Under the pieces are notes generated by a model. That model did not search any database. It was given only the letters and a program-made list of their open reading frames with translations, and was not told the origin of the DNA. The position numbers were made by a program, and so were the translations under genes. DNA of 64,000 nt from Glaucostegus cemiculus (taxonomy: Eukaryota): positions 9,052,001 to 9,116,000 of the forward strand of contig CDPCPM010000005.1 in NCBI GenBank assembly GCA_976551045.1, in the 5' to 3' direction. Below, piece by piece: positions 1-12,061 of this stretch (position 1 is its first letter; every line of letters begins with the position of its first letter).

Positions 1-281
1 ACGAGAGGGCATGCCTTTAAGATAATTGGTGGAAAGTATAGGGGAGATGTCAGAGGGAAGTTTTTCACCCAGAGAGTGGTTGGTGCATGGAATGCACTGC
101 CTGGGGTGGTAGTGGAGGCAGATACGTTGGACAGGTTTAAGAGATTGTTAGATAAGCACATGGAAGAATGTGGAATAGTAGGATATGAGGGTGGAAAGAG
201 TTAGTTTGGGAGATGTTTGTAGGATGGCACAGCTTGATGGGCCGAAGGGCCTGTTCTGTGCTGTATTGTTCTATGTTCTAT
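1..281 (+). mobile_element. CR1-clade LINE 3' end (HER1-like), cut by the window edge
   Basis: Encodes the ORF2 C-terminus TRGHAFKIIGGKYRGDVRGKFFTQRVVGAWNALP, then the terminal motif GGGCCGAAGGGCCTGTTCTGTGCTGTA and a (GTTCTAT)n tail; closely resembles the copy at 27868-28150 (-). Confidence 0.9.
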
Positions 282-419
282 TAGTTTATCGAAAATATTT
301 AGTCTAAAAACTGAATAATAAATGAATAAATGCCTCGATTGAATATGTGAACAAGATTTGTTAAAGATGTAAGACTAGTGATGAGTTGTATTTGCAATGT
401 ATGGGTGTTGGTGTAGCCC

Positions 420-2078
420 AGGATGCTCCCTGGCAACCACATTAGTAGCATGTATTGAGTAGAGTTCAAGCTGCTGATATTGGTGGGAAGCTACCTGGTT
501 ATTTTGAACCAGGTAAGGGTTGCATTTCTTGTGTAGGTAGTACTCGTGATTTAAGCACTAGTTAGGGGCAGATAAATGTGATGAGCAAGTCAGGTCGGCT
601 TGTGGATCCAGAATTACAAGAACTTGCACTTTGTATGGATGTGATCTAAGAATGGTGGGATAATAGATAAACTATGGTGCTAGTATTAAGATATTTAAGT
701 AGAGGTGGGGCTAGAGACGGGAGTGAAAAAGAACACTATAATTATAGGGTGCAGTATAAACAAAGGACAGACGCTGATTTCAAGATTGTTATAAAAATGA
801 AGAGCCTGAACAATTAAGTAAAATAACAGTTGCAAGAATGTGGGTCCTGAGGATTAAAGGATGAAGAAATATCTGACCATTAGTCAAAATTTTCAGAAGA
901 CATAAGAGCTGAAATGGAGAGGAATGATGGGTCTAATAGCAGGAGTTTAAAGTAATTTTACTGAAGATAAAATTTTAGAGGGATTTGAGAGCTCAAATTC
1001 CCTGGACAGGATGGTGTGCATCTCAAATCTGCAGAGATGTATGCAGCAGGGATATTCATCTGAAATTACCTGTTATGGAATAATCCCAGTAAATTGGAAG
1101 GGAGAAAAATCTAATTTTGCTATATTTTTTAAATAAAACATGAAGAGGAAAAAATGAACTAAAGGCAAGTTAGCCTAATTTCTATAGTGCTGTGAGTGAT
1201 GGGCTGGAATCTAAAATAAATGTGGTTAAAGGACAAAATCATATGATTAAGCAGTTTCAGTGTGGTTTCATGAAGTGCAAATTGCATTTGACAAATAGTT
1301 TTGAAGATGTAATTGTCAGGTTAGAAAAGGAGAAAATATTAGTGCAGTGTTTCTGGATTTACATTGGTATCATAAAGCTTTGTACATAAGGGTGCTAGGT
1401 TAGCATAACATTAGGAAGTAATTGGTTGCTTTCAAGTTGATAACATTGTTATTAGTATTGCCATAGGAATCTGTATTGGGCCCTTGGCTCTTCAGTTTCT
1501 ATTGCTGACTTGGATATTTTACTTTTCATCTAAAGATTGATACAAAATGCTTGTGGACAGAGGAAGACAGGAAGCCAGATAGGAAGTCAGTGGTATGTTG
1601 GCATAAGTCTTGATGAGATTGTGGAAGGCTCTGGTGAGATTTCATTTGGAGTTGAGCTTTAATCTGCATAGTTTATTTTTAGTTGTTATACTTGGATTCT
1701 ACACCGTGCATTTGTGAGATTGCATCCTGACCCATTTGAGAGATGGAGTAGAATTAGCATAGAAGTTTAGAAGAATAAGTAATATCTTTGCATGCAAGAT
1801 TCTGAGAAGGATTGAAGGGATATAAATTGAGCAGCTGTTGCCTCTAGGTAGAGGGTGTTAGGAACAAGGATGTGGTGTTGACCCATTTCAGAAAGACTTT
1901 TAGTTAAGGGTTTGTAAATCTTCAGACTTCTCTATTTTAGTGGTATTTGTCATTAATTATTTTCAAGCATGAGAAATGTTTGCACACCAAAGAACATCTG
2001 AGATTAAACATGGATCAGCCATGAATAAAGCAAAGTCGACTCAAGGGTTCACAAGGTCTACTTTTTTAATGTTCTTGT
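420..2078 (+). mobile_element. Very old, internally deleted CR1-like LINE relic
   Basis: Patchy similarity by eye to CR1 endonuclease/RT segments (ORF 1192-1389 QFQCGFMKCKLHLTNSFEDV resembles QHGFMKGRSCLTNLLEFFEDV); ends in a decayed 3' terminus (GGATCAGCCATGA...GGTCTAC...ATGTTCTTGT). Confidence 0.55.
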
Positions 2079-2085
2079 ACCGTAG

Positions 2086-2192
2086 GTGATATGGTTACAA
2101 AACAGCCCTTAATCAGAAGTATGCGGACAGTAAAGAGGGAGACTCTGAAGCTTATTTCTGGTTGGGTGAGCAGATCCAATGATCCACAGATG
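2086..2192 (+). CDS. XPO1: Exportin-1 (CRM1) coding exon (~exon 19), 107 nt
   Basis: cgtag|GT GAT ATG...CAG ATG|gtaagt; translates (G)DMVTKQPLIRSMRTVKRETLKLISGWVSRSNDPQM, matching vertebrate XPO1. Not in the ORF track. Confidence 0.96.
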
Positions 2193-2564
2193 GTAAGTAA
2201 AGAATAAGTAGTAGCATTTTAAGGTCGTAAAATCTGTACTGAAAAATCTTTTCTATGACTAAGATGAAGACCTTTTCAAATGCTGTTTGATGTGCCTTCA
2301 TTATGTAACAGTAAGATGTAGACACCCATTTTTATTCTGCCCTATCTTGTTGCTGTACTTCCTCTCCTCTCTGGCACCCCTCGCCACCCAAGAATGACCA
2401 CTTGTGTTTCTGTCTGATGTTGCTTCCAAAGTGTACCACTTGGGATTTGAAATTTAAACTGCATGTGCAGAGGGATACTTAGTCTTTTTCATATTAAAAG
2501 TTTGTACAATTTTAAAAAAGTTTGTGCTCTGAGCAATGTTTTCATCTTTCTCTGCTGTATATGG

Positions 2565-4300
2565 ACATAAGAAATTGGAGAAGGACTAGGCCACATGGCC
2601 TTCAACCCTGCTCTCATTCAGTAAGGTCGTGGCAACTACCTCAATTTCATTTTCCTGTCCCATTCCCATAATTAATTCTTGCAGCATCTAGAAATCTATC
2701 AATCTCATTTGAATCTAATTAATGATAAAGCCTCCACAGCAGTTCATCCTCTGAGTGAGGAATTTTTTTTTTCCTGATCTCGGCCCTTAAATGGTCTACC
2801 CCTTTGAGTGATAGTGACCCTTATTTCTAGATTCCTTCAGCTAGGGAATGCATCTTCCCAGTTGAACCTTCTAAGAATTTTATACTTCTCAGTTTTGTCA
2901 CCTTTATTCTCTAAAGTTTAAATTAATGAGAAGCCTACCCTACCCAATCTCTCCTCGTAGGAGACCTGCTATTGCAGAAACCAGTTTGGTGAATCTTTGT
3001 GTTCCTTTTTATATCAAGTATATCCAGCTTTGGGTAAGGAGGCCAACATTGTACACAGTAGCTGTCGTCTCACCAAGGCCCTTTGTAACACATCTTTGTA
3101 TCTTTGCATCAAATCCTCAAAGTAAAAACCAGCACTTGATTTGTTTCTGATTGCCTACTGCAGCTTTGTGTTAGCTTTCAGTAATTTATGTATAAGAAAC
3201 GCAGAACATGAACATTTCACTGTCTCTCGCATTTAAAAATATTCTCAGCATTTGTTTATTTTTTCAAAGTGAATAGTGTCACATTTTTCCATATTATACT
3301 GTGTGTGCCATTCTATTATTCACTCAGCACATCTACGTCCCTTTTGCATCCCTTCACCACACATTTTTACTTAGTTCACTGTTATTGGAAACATGGCAGT
3401 GTTACATTTGGTCTGCTTGGTTAACTTGTTGATATGGATTTGGAATAGTTGGGGCTGAAGCCCCCAATTCCAATCGCAGTAGTCACTTCCAGCCAACCTA
3501 AAACTGACCTCTTCATTCCTATTTTGTTTCTTCAATGCACACCCCTGGTTTCATGTGCTCTAACTTTGTTCAACAACCTTTTGTGTGGAACCTTATTCAA
3601 AGCCTGTTGAAAATCCAGGTACTCCACATCCACTAACTCCCTCTTATCTACTCTGCAAGATGCATTCTTTATGAATGCAACAGATTTGTCAATCACCATT
3701 TCTCTCAAATCCATTTTGATGCAATGTTTCCTAAATTTCTATATCACATCCTTTTTATTGTGGATTCCTTTGTTCTTCCTGCTACTGATTTTTGGCTAAC
3801 AGATTGGCAATTCCCTGTTTTCTCTCCCTCCTTTCTTAAATACATCTGCTATCTGTTAATCTGCAACAACCGTTCCATGGGCTGTTTTGGAAGATTATCA
3901 ACCTAGTATCCACTGCATCCATAACAGCTGCTTTCAAAACTCTGGAATCTAGATCACCAGGTCCTTGTAATTTATACATTTTTTTGACTAGTCTTTTACT
4001 TTCTGATTAAACCATAGGTTTTCCAGCTTTTCTGGGAGGTTTTTGTGTCTTCTGTGAAAACAGACTCAAAATATTTGTTTAAATCCTCTACTATTTCCTT
4101 TTTCCTCACTTACAAATTTTGCCATCTCTGTCTGGGATTCACATTTATACTTTGCAAAAGGATGCCACTCTTATTGCTATTTATCTTGTACCATTATTAA
4201 TTGGCCTGAACTACTTGTTCTTTCTCTGCACTTATCCATAAAAATGTCACTACTGCCCATTTCCAATCCATCTGTGTTATCCCGGTGACTAACCAGCTGT
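2565..4300 (-). mobile_element. Degraded CR1 LINE (3' end near 2565, RT relic upstream)
   Basis: ORF 3532-3714 VDVEYLDFQQALNKVPHKRLLNKVRAH is the CR1 RT motif YLDFQKAFDKVPH; reverse-complement 3' tail at 2565-2630. Confidence 0.8.
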
Positions 4301-4307
4301 GGAAGAT

Positions 4308-4720
4308 TAGAAACAAAGAAAAGAGGAATAGGTCATTTGGTCCTTCAGCCCTCTGCACAATTCACTGCATTCATGGCTAATTAGCCACTTCAATGCCCGG
4401 ATCTTGATGCCTTCATGATCCATTTGGCAATTAAGAAATATCTGCTACCTTCTTGCATATATTTATTTAATGACTTGGCCTCCACTGCCTTCTGTGGTAT
4501 GGAATGCTGCAGACTTACCATCTGAGTGAAGACATTTTCCATGATCTCAGTTCTAAATAGTATCCTTGTATCCTGAAGCCAGAACCCCTGGTTTTGGACT
4601 CTCTAGCCAGCAGGAGCATCCTGTCTGTATCTAGTTTGCCTAATTTTTAGGTTTCTGTGATAGCCCCATGTTCTTCTACACTCCAGTGAATATAGGCCTA
4701 ATGCTCAATTTCTATAATAA
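4308..4720 (-). mobile_element. CR1 LINE 3' fragment
   Basis: Same reverse 3' tail pattern (AGGAATAGGTCATTTGGTCCTTCAGCCC) and ORF2 C-terminal relic. Confidence 0.65.
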
Positions 4721-5709
4721 CTTAAATGTGAGCAGAGAAATAAGCAGATCCTGAAATTCTGAGTAGGAGTTGGGAATGGCCTTTAAAATAAAACAAGGAG
4801 AGTAAAGGGAATGAATAGGGTATGTGATAAACAGACCTCTGAGGTTTTATTGGATGACTTTGCAATTATGCTGACTTGCCCCTGGGGGTTTATCTCCACC
4901 TTAATTTTGAATCAGATTTTAAAGTTGAGGCTGCCTTTATGCAGTTAAATAAATAATGTTGCACTGTGCACTCTGTAGAAACAAAACTCCTGGGGAGGCC
5001 AACTAAGGGCATTGGTAAACAATAGTAGCCTTGTTCAAAACAATGTAGGCTAGTGGCCAGCAGCAGAGATAAGAAAAGCCCATTCATTGGCAAAAGAGGG
5101 GAAAATAGCATTACTGCTATAGCCATGGGTCTTAAACTAGCAGGAAATCGGCTGAATTAAATCTTTGTTTAAACAAGTGGCTAAAAATCTAAAAATTCTC
5201 TGCAGCACCATCTGTTGGCCAAACTCATTATATTGTGTAACCCAGTGTTGCTTCACAGTGCCACTTGCTGGTTTAGCAGTTAAAAAATAAATACTGTATT
5301 GGCTTTCCTATTACAAGTTTTTTAAATACCAGCTCATAACTCTCACAGATCAATTCTATTGCTATATTAAGATTTAGTTTCTTCAATCATCCTCTGAGTT
5401 TGATTTGTGCATTTGAAGGAATTTGCCAGCCCACACATGAATTCTAAATGAACTGCCCTGTACTCTTTGCAGGATATGTTTGAGGAATGGAGGACACTGC
5501 TCTTTCACAACATGTCTTTCTCTGGCTCGGTCTGCACTTCATTCTTTCTCACAAAGGCACCTTGATCTGTGGCTTTTTTTTTTGTACTTGTCTTTCCCTC
5601 TCCTGTGTCACCTTCCCCCAGTCCCCATCTCACGATGCCCCCTACCCCTGCTCATTTATGCTCCTCAGATGTTGGCAAAATGCAATAATGTTTCCAATAA
5701 TTTTTATAG

Positions 5710-5904
5710 GTGGGTGAAAATTTTGTTCCTCCATTGCTGGATGCAGTGCTTATTGACTATCAAAGGAATGTACCGGCTGCTAGAGAACCAGAAGTACTTA
5801 GTACCATGGCAACCATTGTGAACAAACTGGGTGGACATATCACATCCGAAATTCCTCAGATATTTGATGCTGTCTTCGAATGCACTTTAAATATGATTAA
5901 TAAG
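5710..5904 (+). CDS. XPO1: Exportin-1 coding exon (~exon 20), 195 nt
   Basis: ttttatag|GTG GGT GAA...AAT AAG|gtgaga; VGENFVPPLLDAVLIDYQRNVPAAREPEVLSTMATIVNKLGGHITSEIPQIFDAVFECTLNMINK. Confidence 0.97.
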
Positions 5905-7015
5905 GTGAGATTAATAGGTCATTTGAGTAGGCATTCCTTAATACAGTCTTTATTACTATCCAAAGTCATATGTTTAATTCTGGATGGGTCACAACTTGGC
6001 ACCAGTAGACCTCTGGTGTTGAAATTGAAATGACCATGGACTCTTACAGTTAAAATGTGAAAATTAAGTTTCAGTGTCTTTTTTGTACTTCTATCACATT
6101 TTTGTTATCACTATGGTTGATAAAACCTTATTGTTCTGTGTTTGCTCTTTGATAGTGAACACTTTCCTGATCATTATGATTTGTGATGATGCTTCCTTGT
6201 CCCAACTAACTATAGTGTTTGATTTGGAAAAAGAACTGAAGTGGTTGCCACTGAGGTTCTTGTTATCTAAAGAGTAAGGTTAGAGATGCTGTTGAAATAA
6301 GTTTCTCAACTTTCACAGTATATTTTGCACCATGTTGAGGGAAATAAAGGGCTGATTTTTGATTAAGTTTATCAACATCATTCACTTCATTCTTTTGTTA
6401 CTGAGTGTATAGAATGTTCTGGTAATTACGTCAATTTAAGTGGTATGGCAGGATGAGTAGTTGGAGTGAACTTAACAAAGACTGGCTGCTTATGTTGCTC
6501 AAAATAGTAACATTCAGGACATTAAAGTAAGTTTTTCTGACATCGATTTCAGATGTTTTATGAATTGTAGGCTTTTTGGTTCCATAGTTAGTCCAAGATA
6601 ATCTCTGCCTTGGGGGAAAAAGAACTGAAAATGTGTGTAAGTTTAAAGTTTTGGTGTAAAAGTATTGATCAGACTGAGGTTGATTTGTTATGTATAGGTT
6701 TATGAGAAAAGACTGTTGCCAATTGGAAAATATTAACTGATTAACAATTTACTAATTTATGCTTTAAGACTTTGTTAATTTAAAATGGGATGCAGTGGTG
6801 AACAACCATTTAATCCCCTTTGTGGTAAAGTTGGTTTCTGGCATGGGGCAGGTTTGGAGGAGCGAGGAAAAGAAATGGTGTTACTTTTGCCTTTTAGTCA
6901 TTTTTATAATGAGAATTATGGTGGAGTATTGCAGTTTAAGAGAAAGGAAACTCCCCTCTCTGAAGTGGGGCATAATAAAAGATACAATAAATTGGTTGCA
7001 GTCATCTGACTTTTT

Positions 7016-7053
7016 TTCTGAATCAGCTGTGACATTCTGAATCAGCTGTGACA
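7016..7053. repeat. Perfect 19-bp tandem duplication
   Basis: TTCTGAATCAGCTGTGACA twice. Confidence 0.9.
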
Positions 7054-7656
7054 TTTTATTAGACTTTCATCAAACTTATCCCAAGAATAGTTACCTTGGA
7101 TTAGTTACAATGATTTCCCTACACTGAGCTCAAATGTCTTTAAATGCTTTATAGAGGCTGTATATCAAGATGCAAAGGCACAATTCCTTTCAGGTAATTT
7201 TATCATTTTGGGGATAGCAGCTAAACCAGCAATTTATCTGAGGTCAGGGATGATGCAAGGGGTGAAATGGAATAAAACTGCCAAAGCAGTTAAACATTAT
7301 GTTAACTTCTTTTAACCAAGCTCCTTGAAAATTTTAGTTCATATGAATTTATTATCATCCGACTAATCTTTGAACCCTTTTTCATCCCTCTTTTTGCTGC
7401 ACCCGGTTTGTGCAGAGCTTCCCCAAATTTTAATCACCTGGCTGTCAGGCCTCCACTGTTCCTAAATGAGCAATATCTTGGTTCCATTGGTGTGGCACTG
7501 GATGACACTCATCAAACTCCATCCTAAAGTTGTGCAGCCCCAGTCATGTATTCGCATGTGTAGTTATACATTACTGCAGTTCTCTTACAAATTTCATTGT
7601 GCTGTTCTTCTCTTCAGCTAACTTTTTTTTAAGAGGTTTCATTCTTTCTTTTTCAG

Positions 7657-7825
7657 GACTTCGAAGAATATCCAGAACATAGAACCAATTTCTTCCTGCT
7701 TTTACAAGCTGTAAATTCGCATTGTTTCCCAGCATTCCTAGCCATTCCTCCAGCACAATTTAAGCTAGTTTTAGATTCCATAATATGGGCTTTTAAACAT
7801 ACCATGAGAAATGTCGCTGATACAG
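7657..7825 (+). CDS. XPO1: Exportin-1 coding exon (~exon 21), 169 nt
   Basis: tttcag|GAC TTC GAA...ACA G|gtttgt; DFEEYPEHRTNFFLLLQAVNSHCFPAFLAIPPAQFKLVLDSIIWAFKHTMRNVADT. Confidence 0.97.
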
Positions 7826-7915
7826 GTTTGTTTAAAATTGGTTTGTGCATAGTAAACTTGTTTTTTAAAGGATTTTTTTGATTATGACCTGCAATTAGAA
7901 TGTTTTCTATCACAG

Positions 7916-8050
7916 GTCTACAGATTCTGTACACACTTCTGCAAAATGTTGCGCAGGAAGAAGCAGCAGCACAAAGTTTCTATCAGACGTATTTTTGTGA
8001 TGTCCTACAACATATATTTTCTGTTGTCACAGATACATCTCATACTGCTG
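7916..8050 (+). CDS. XPO1: Exportin-1 coding exon (~exon 22), 135 nt
   Basis: cacag|GT CTA CAG...GCT G|gtaagg; GLQILYTLLQNVAQEEAAAQSFYQTYFCDVLQHIFSVVTDTSHTA; follows a 90-nt intron. Confidence 0.97.
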
Positions 8051-8510
8051 GTAAGGACTTCGGATTTCACATACCCAGATTTGTTACAATTGGTTAAAGT
8101 GTTAATAATATTGACCTAATTTTCAGAGAAATGTTGACAATTCCATGTAGGCAAGTGGATTTAATTGTTTATAACCTTTTTTGGTGCTTTGTTTCTGAAT
8201 ATTTGAATTGCAGAGATAGTCACAATATTCAAAAACCTTGGTTTTGAGAGCTTGTAAGCTGTGGCCTGTACAAATGACTTGCTATAAACAGAAGGCATTT
8301 CTGATAAGGTTGGAACTAGTGTAGGCCAAGTTGTTGCTGGAGGTACTGTTTGTGGCTGGTGTGGATCTAATTGATAGGGGCATAGAACTGGTTAGGGAGT
8401 GGCAAACATGGGAGGACCCACTGCACCCTAGAAATTCAAGGCTATCATGTGCTAATAATAAAAATTAACTCGGTAAAAGATTTTGATTTGAAAAATCAGT
8501 AACTCGAGCA

Positions 8511-8680
8511 AACAGGAAATTCTGGAAATACTTATCATGCAGTCTCTGGAAAGGGATATAGTTAATTTTTTGGGTTGAAGATTCTTTATTTGACTCTCAT
8601 TAACTTTGTTTCCATTTCTACAGATGCTACCTGACCTGAGTGTTTCCAGCATTTTCTGTTCTTGTTTTGGATTTCCAGGC
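8511..8680. mobile_element. Fold-back (inverted) fragment of a Penelope-like terminal repeat
   Basis: 8511-8533 matches the reverse complement of 8638-8660 at 19/23 positions; the right arm carries the family motif CAGATGCT(G/A)CCTGACCTG...TTTCCAGCATTTTCTGTT. Confidence 0.65.
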
Positions 8681-8769
8681 AGGAAATGAGAAGACACCAG
8701 GGCTGGTCATAGCTATTGCTGAAAATATAAATCATCTAAACATAATTTTAAATAAAAACAACAAAGCAC

Positions 8770-8892
8770 ACTTCAATTTTTCTTTTCCCCAGTTCTAATG
8801 AAGAGTCCCAGACCTGAAACATTAACTGTTTATTTCACAAATGCTGCCTGACCTGATCAGTCTTTCCAGCATTTTCTGTTTCTATTCAAGAC
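8770..8892 (+). mobile_element. Penelope-like terminal repeat with decayed hammerhead motif
   Basis: CAGTT-CTAATGA-AGAGTC CCA GACCT-GAAAC-ATT-AACTG followed by ATGCTGCCTGACCTG...CCAGCATTTTCTGTT. Confidence 0.7.
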
Positions 8893-10490
8893 TGTAGCTT
8901 ATCAAATCTTTAAGATTTTGTTTTTCAATTGACTCTTGAACCATTTCAACTTTTATAATAAATGGATAGCAATTTGGAATTTCCTGGGTGCAGTGGCCCC
9001 CTTGTTTGCCACTTCTCTACCTGCTAGTTCTGCATCTGCCACAAATGGATCCTCTAGCGACAATTTGAGTTAGTGAACTGGTCATTTTATTTTGTGCTCA
9101 TGCAAGTGATCTTTTTTCAAGTTGCATTACTATTCAATGCTTAATTTGTTTATAAACCTATTTCCCCAACCCAAAAATAACTTTTTGGAACTGGTTCATT
9201 GGAACCAGCAGCCCCTGCAATACTTTGTCTAAAGTGCTACTTAATGTCCAAATTCTTCTGGCTATTTTACCGAAGTGGCTCAATACATGAACATTGCCAA
9301 ATGGCTGGTCAGAGTTTAGTCTCAATAGTCAGCAAAAGTTTGGCAGTAGTCAACCCTGTCTCATTCTCAATCTTGTTTACACTGTTAGATTTTTATTAAA
9401 GTATATGGGATCAGAAACTGAGTAAAAGATTTGTTTTCTTTGCTAAGTGGTGTTGAAACTTAACTTGCAGTAATCAAGGAATTTGGTTCCATGTTGTTCT
9501 GAAATTTATGGCTTAATCCAGCACTACATGGTCTCTACTCATAAAGTGACCAGCTTATTGCTTTGTCTTTAGTGATTTGTTCAGTGTCATCCTTGCAGAC
9601 TATTTGGGCTAAATGGTTTTATTAGCATTTGATTTCTCTGGATTTCTGAAGTTTACTTTTGAAATTTCTGTTCCTTTCCAACTTATCTGTGCAAATTAGG
9701 CTTTGGGTTGCTGCTGGACTTGATATCTTTGGAGAGCTGTGCTATTTTTAATGTACTATTATAAAAATATTGCAAAGTGAATATAATTCACAAAAGTATT
9801 GAAGATTCATTTGAATATCTGAGAAAAGCTAAGACTGCATTCACTGACTGAAAGTTTAGGTTGGTCTTATGGAAGTGCTTAGCAATGTAAAAGAATTTCA
9901 CAAACATTTCCATTAGTAAATGAGCTATAGGAAAGCATAAATTTAAGATCATCACTAGAATCACAGCAGTTGTTGAACCTTTGTGAATTAGCTGTCATGT
10001 CTCCTACACTACAGTAATTATACTTCAAAAATACATTATTCAGTGAAAAGTATTTTGGGATTCTTTTGGTCATTAAAGATCTATCTTTTAAATATACTAA
10101 ATTTAAAGTATGTTAATGTTCCCTTAAATAATAAAGAAGTATTTGTTTCAAATCTAATCACATTTCAGAGTAATAGTCTTTGCTTTTTAACTTCAGCATA
10201 TATTAAAATACACAATACAATCCACAATATTTAGTAATGTTTCTTTAAAAGATGGTACTTTTTCAAGTGTTGTATAGTATGTTGCCAAGGTTTGTTTGTA
10301 GTTCCATAGGTTAGTGATGGTGTAATTAATTCCATTGGACTGTGCTCAACATTGTTGTCACATATCTTTGGATTATTTATAGTATAGGTTAAAATTTAAA
10401 TGAATCAACATCTATTAAATTCAAGACTGAATACTTGTAATGGTTTCATAATTGCTTCTGAAGGGTTCTTAACTGTTAATTTTTTTTTAG

Positions 10491-10650
10491 GTTTGACAAT
10501 GCATGCATCAATACTTGCATACATGTTCAACCTGGTGGAGGAAGGAAAAATATCAGTGCCCCTTAACCCAACAAATCCAGTCACTAATCATGTATTCATT
10601 CAGGATTATGTGGCTAATCTATTGAAATCTGCTTTTCCACATCTACAAGA
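10491..10650 (+). CDS. XPO1: Exportin-1 coding exon (~exon 23), 160 nt
   Basis: tttttag|GT TTG ACA ATG...CAA GA|gtaagt; GLTMHASILAYMFNLVEEGKISVPLNPTNPVTNHVFIQDYVANLLKSAFPHLQ. Confidence 0.97.
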
Positions 10651-10731
10651 GTAAGTTGGTTTTAATTGTTTAAAGGAAATCTCTTTTGAACCTTTTTACT
10701 TAACTACTTAAGTCTCCTTTTCTTGTTACAG

Positions 10732-10828
10732 AGCACAGGTGAAGTTGTTTGTAACTGGGCTTTTCAGTTTAAATCAAGACATTGCAGCCTTTAAAGAGCA
10801 TCTGAGAGATTTCCTTGTCCAAATCAAG
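10732..10828 (+). CDS. XPO1: Exportin-1 coding exon (~exon 24), 97 nt
   Basis: ttacag|A GCA CAG GTG...ATC AAG|gtaaag; (E)[32 protein letters not shown]; follows an 81-nt intron. Confidence 0.96.
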
Positions 10829-12061
10829 GTAAAGCAGTTCTAGTTTGTCAGAAGATTTTAGAATGTATCAAAACTTTATTTCTAAATGTTTTAAGTTAAT
10901 GTAGTGAAGGCATTAAAGTAGGATAAATCGGCTACTGCAGTGCAAACAGATTTTATTTGTAAGGAAATGGTGTTTTTTGTATTTGATAGTCTGCTCCTTT
11001 TGATACACAGGTCAACTGAACAGTCTCTTTCAGTCACTACTTGGCTACAAAGATATTTATTAGTCTGACATAGAAACTACAGTTTACAGACTTCAGTTGT
11101 TGAGTGTGAATGTAGAATGTTATGTTCAATTTAACAAAACAGTTTGTTTAATCCACATGTTGCAAAACTCTGCTGTCTGTCTGATTTTTGAAGCTAGGGG
11201 TCAGTAATGATTTCGCTTTGGGTTTGCTAAAAAGAAAACCATGCTGTTAAGACTTGAATTGAATGAAATTTGTTGACCTAAGCATTTGGTAGAAAATGAG
11301 GGCTTTTTGTTTTTTGCTTCCTTAAAACTTTGACATGAGTTGTTCAGTTATTTCAAGAGGATTTTATTTTATGTTAGTGTAGTTCTCTTTTTAACCTGAC
11401 ACCTTCATGTAAAGATAGCATGTTCATCAACATTTAAAATGTAATTCCTCAGCCAGCGTTAGTCTGCCATTAATTCTGCACAAAGCTTCACTGACTTGGC
11501 TTAAGATCAGTATTTAACACATCCATTTAATTTCTATGCAAACCAGTAGGGTATGAATTTAATTTCTCTACTCTTGCCAGCAGATTATTGTTGGGATACA
11601 GCTTGGATTTGGGGGAAAAATGGAGGGAAATTAGGGTTTCTATGTGGTTAAAGGCTAGTGATTCACCTAATACAATTCTTTTTCTGTGCCCTTATCAAGA
11701 AGGCATCACAATTCTTACACTAAACCACCTATGTCAGAGATGTTAAGGGCCTCTCAGATTTGAAGCTCTATTGAGTTAAACATGGGGGGGGGAAAGGTGA
11801 AAATGTACATGAGCTGAGAGTCACCAGGTTTCTGAAAACTGGCAGTGAATTGTAAAATGTGCCTTTATTCTGAAGCAATGATGCTTTGAGGCTTAAATGA
11901 GTGAAATAAGTTCATGGTCATTTTGCTTTATTACTATTGAGGATTAAAGGGATTCACGACTGTCTCATATGGCAGAATGAAAATGTTCCAGTTAAATGTT
12001 GCATTTAAATATGGAAGGCCATTTTTGCAAATTTGTTTTTTTAATTTTTGTTTGCCTGCAG

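Noticed and set aside
7826-10731. In-frame retention of the 90-nt and 81-nt XPO1 mini-introns
   Set aside because: Both lengths are multiples of three but each contains an in-frame stop; no evidence of coding read-through.
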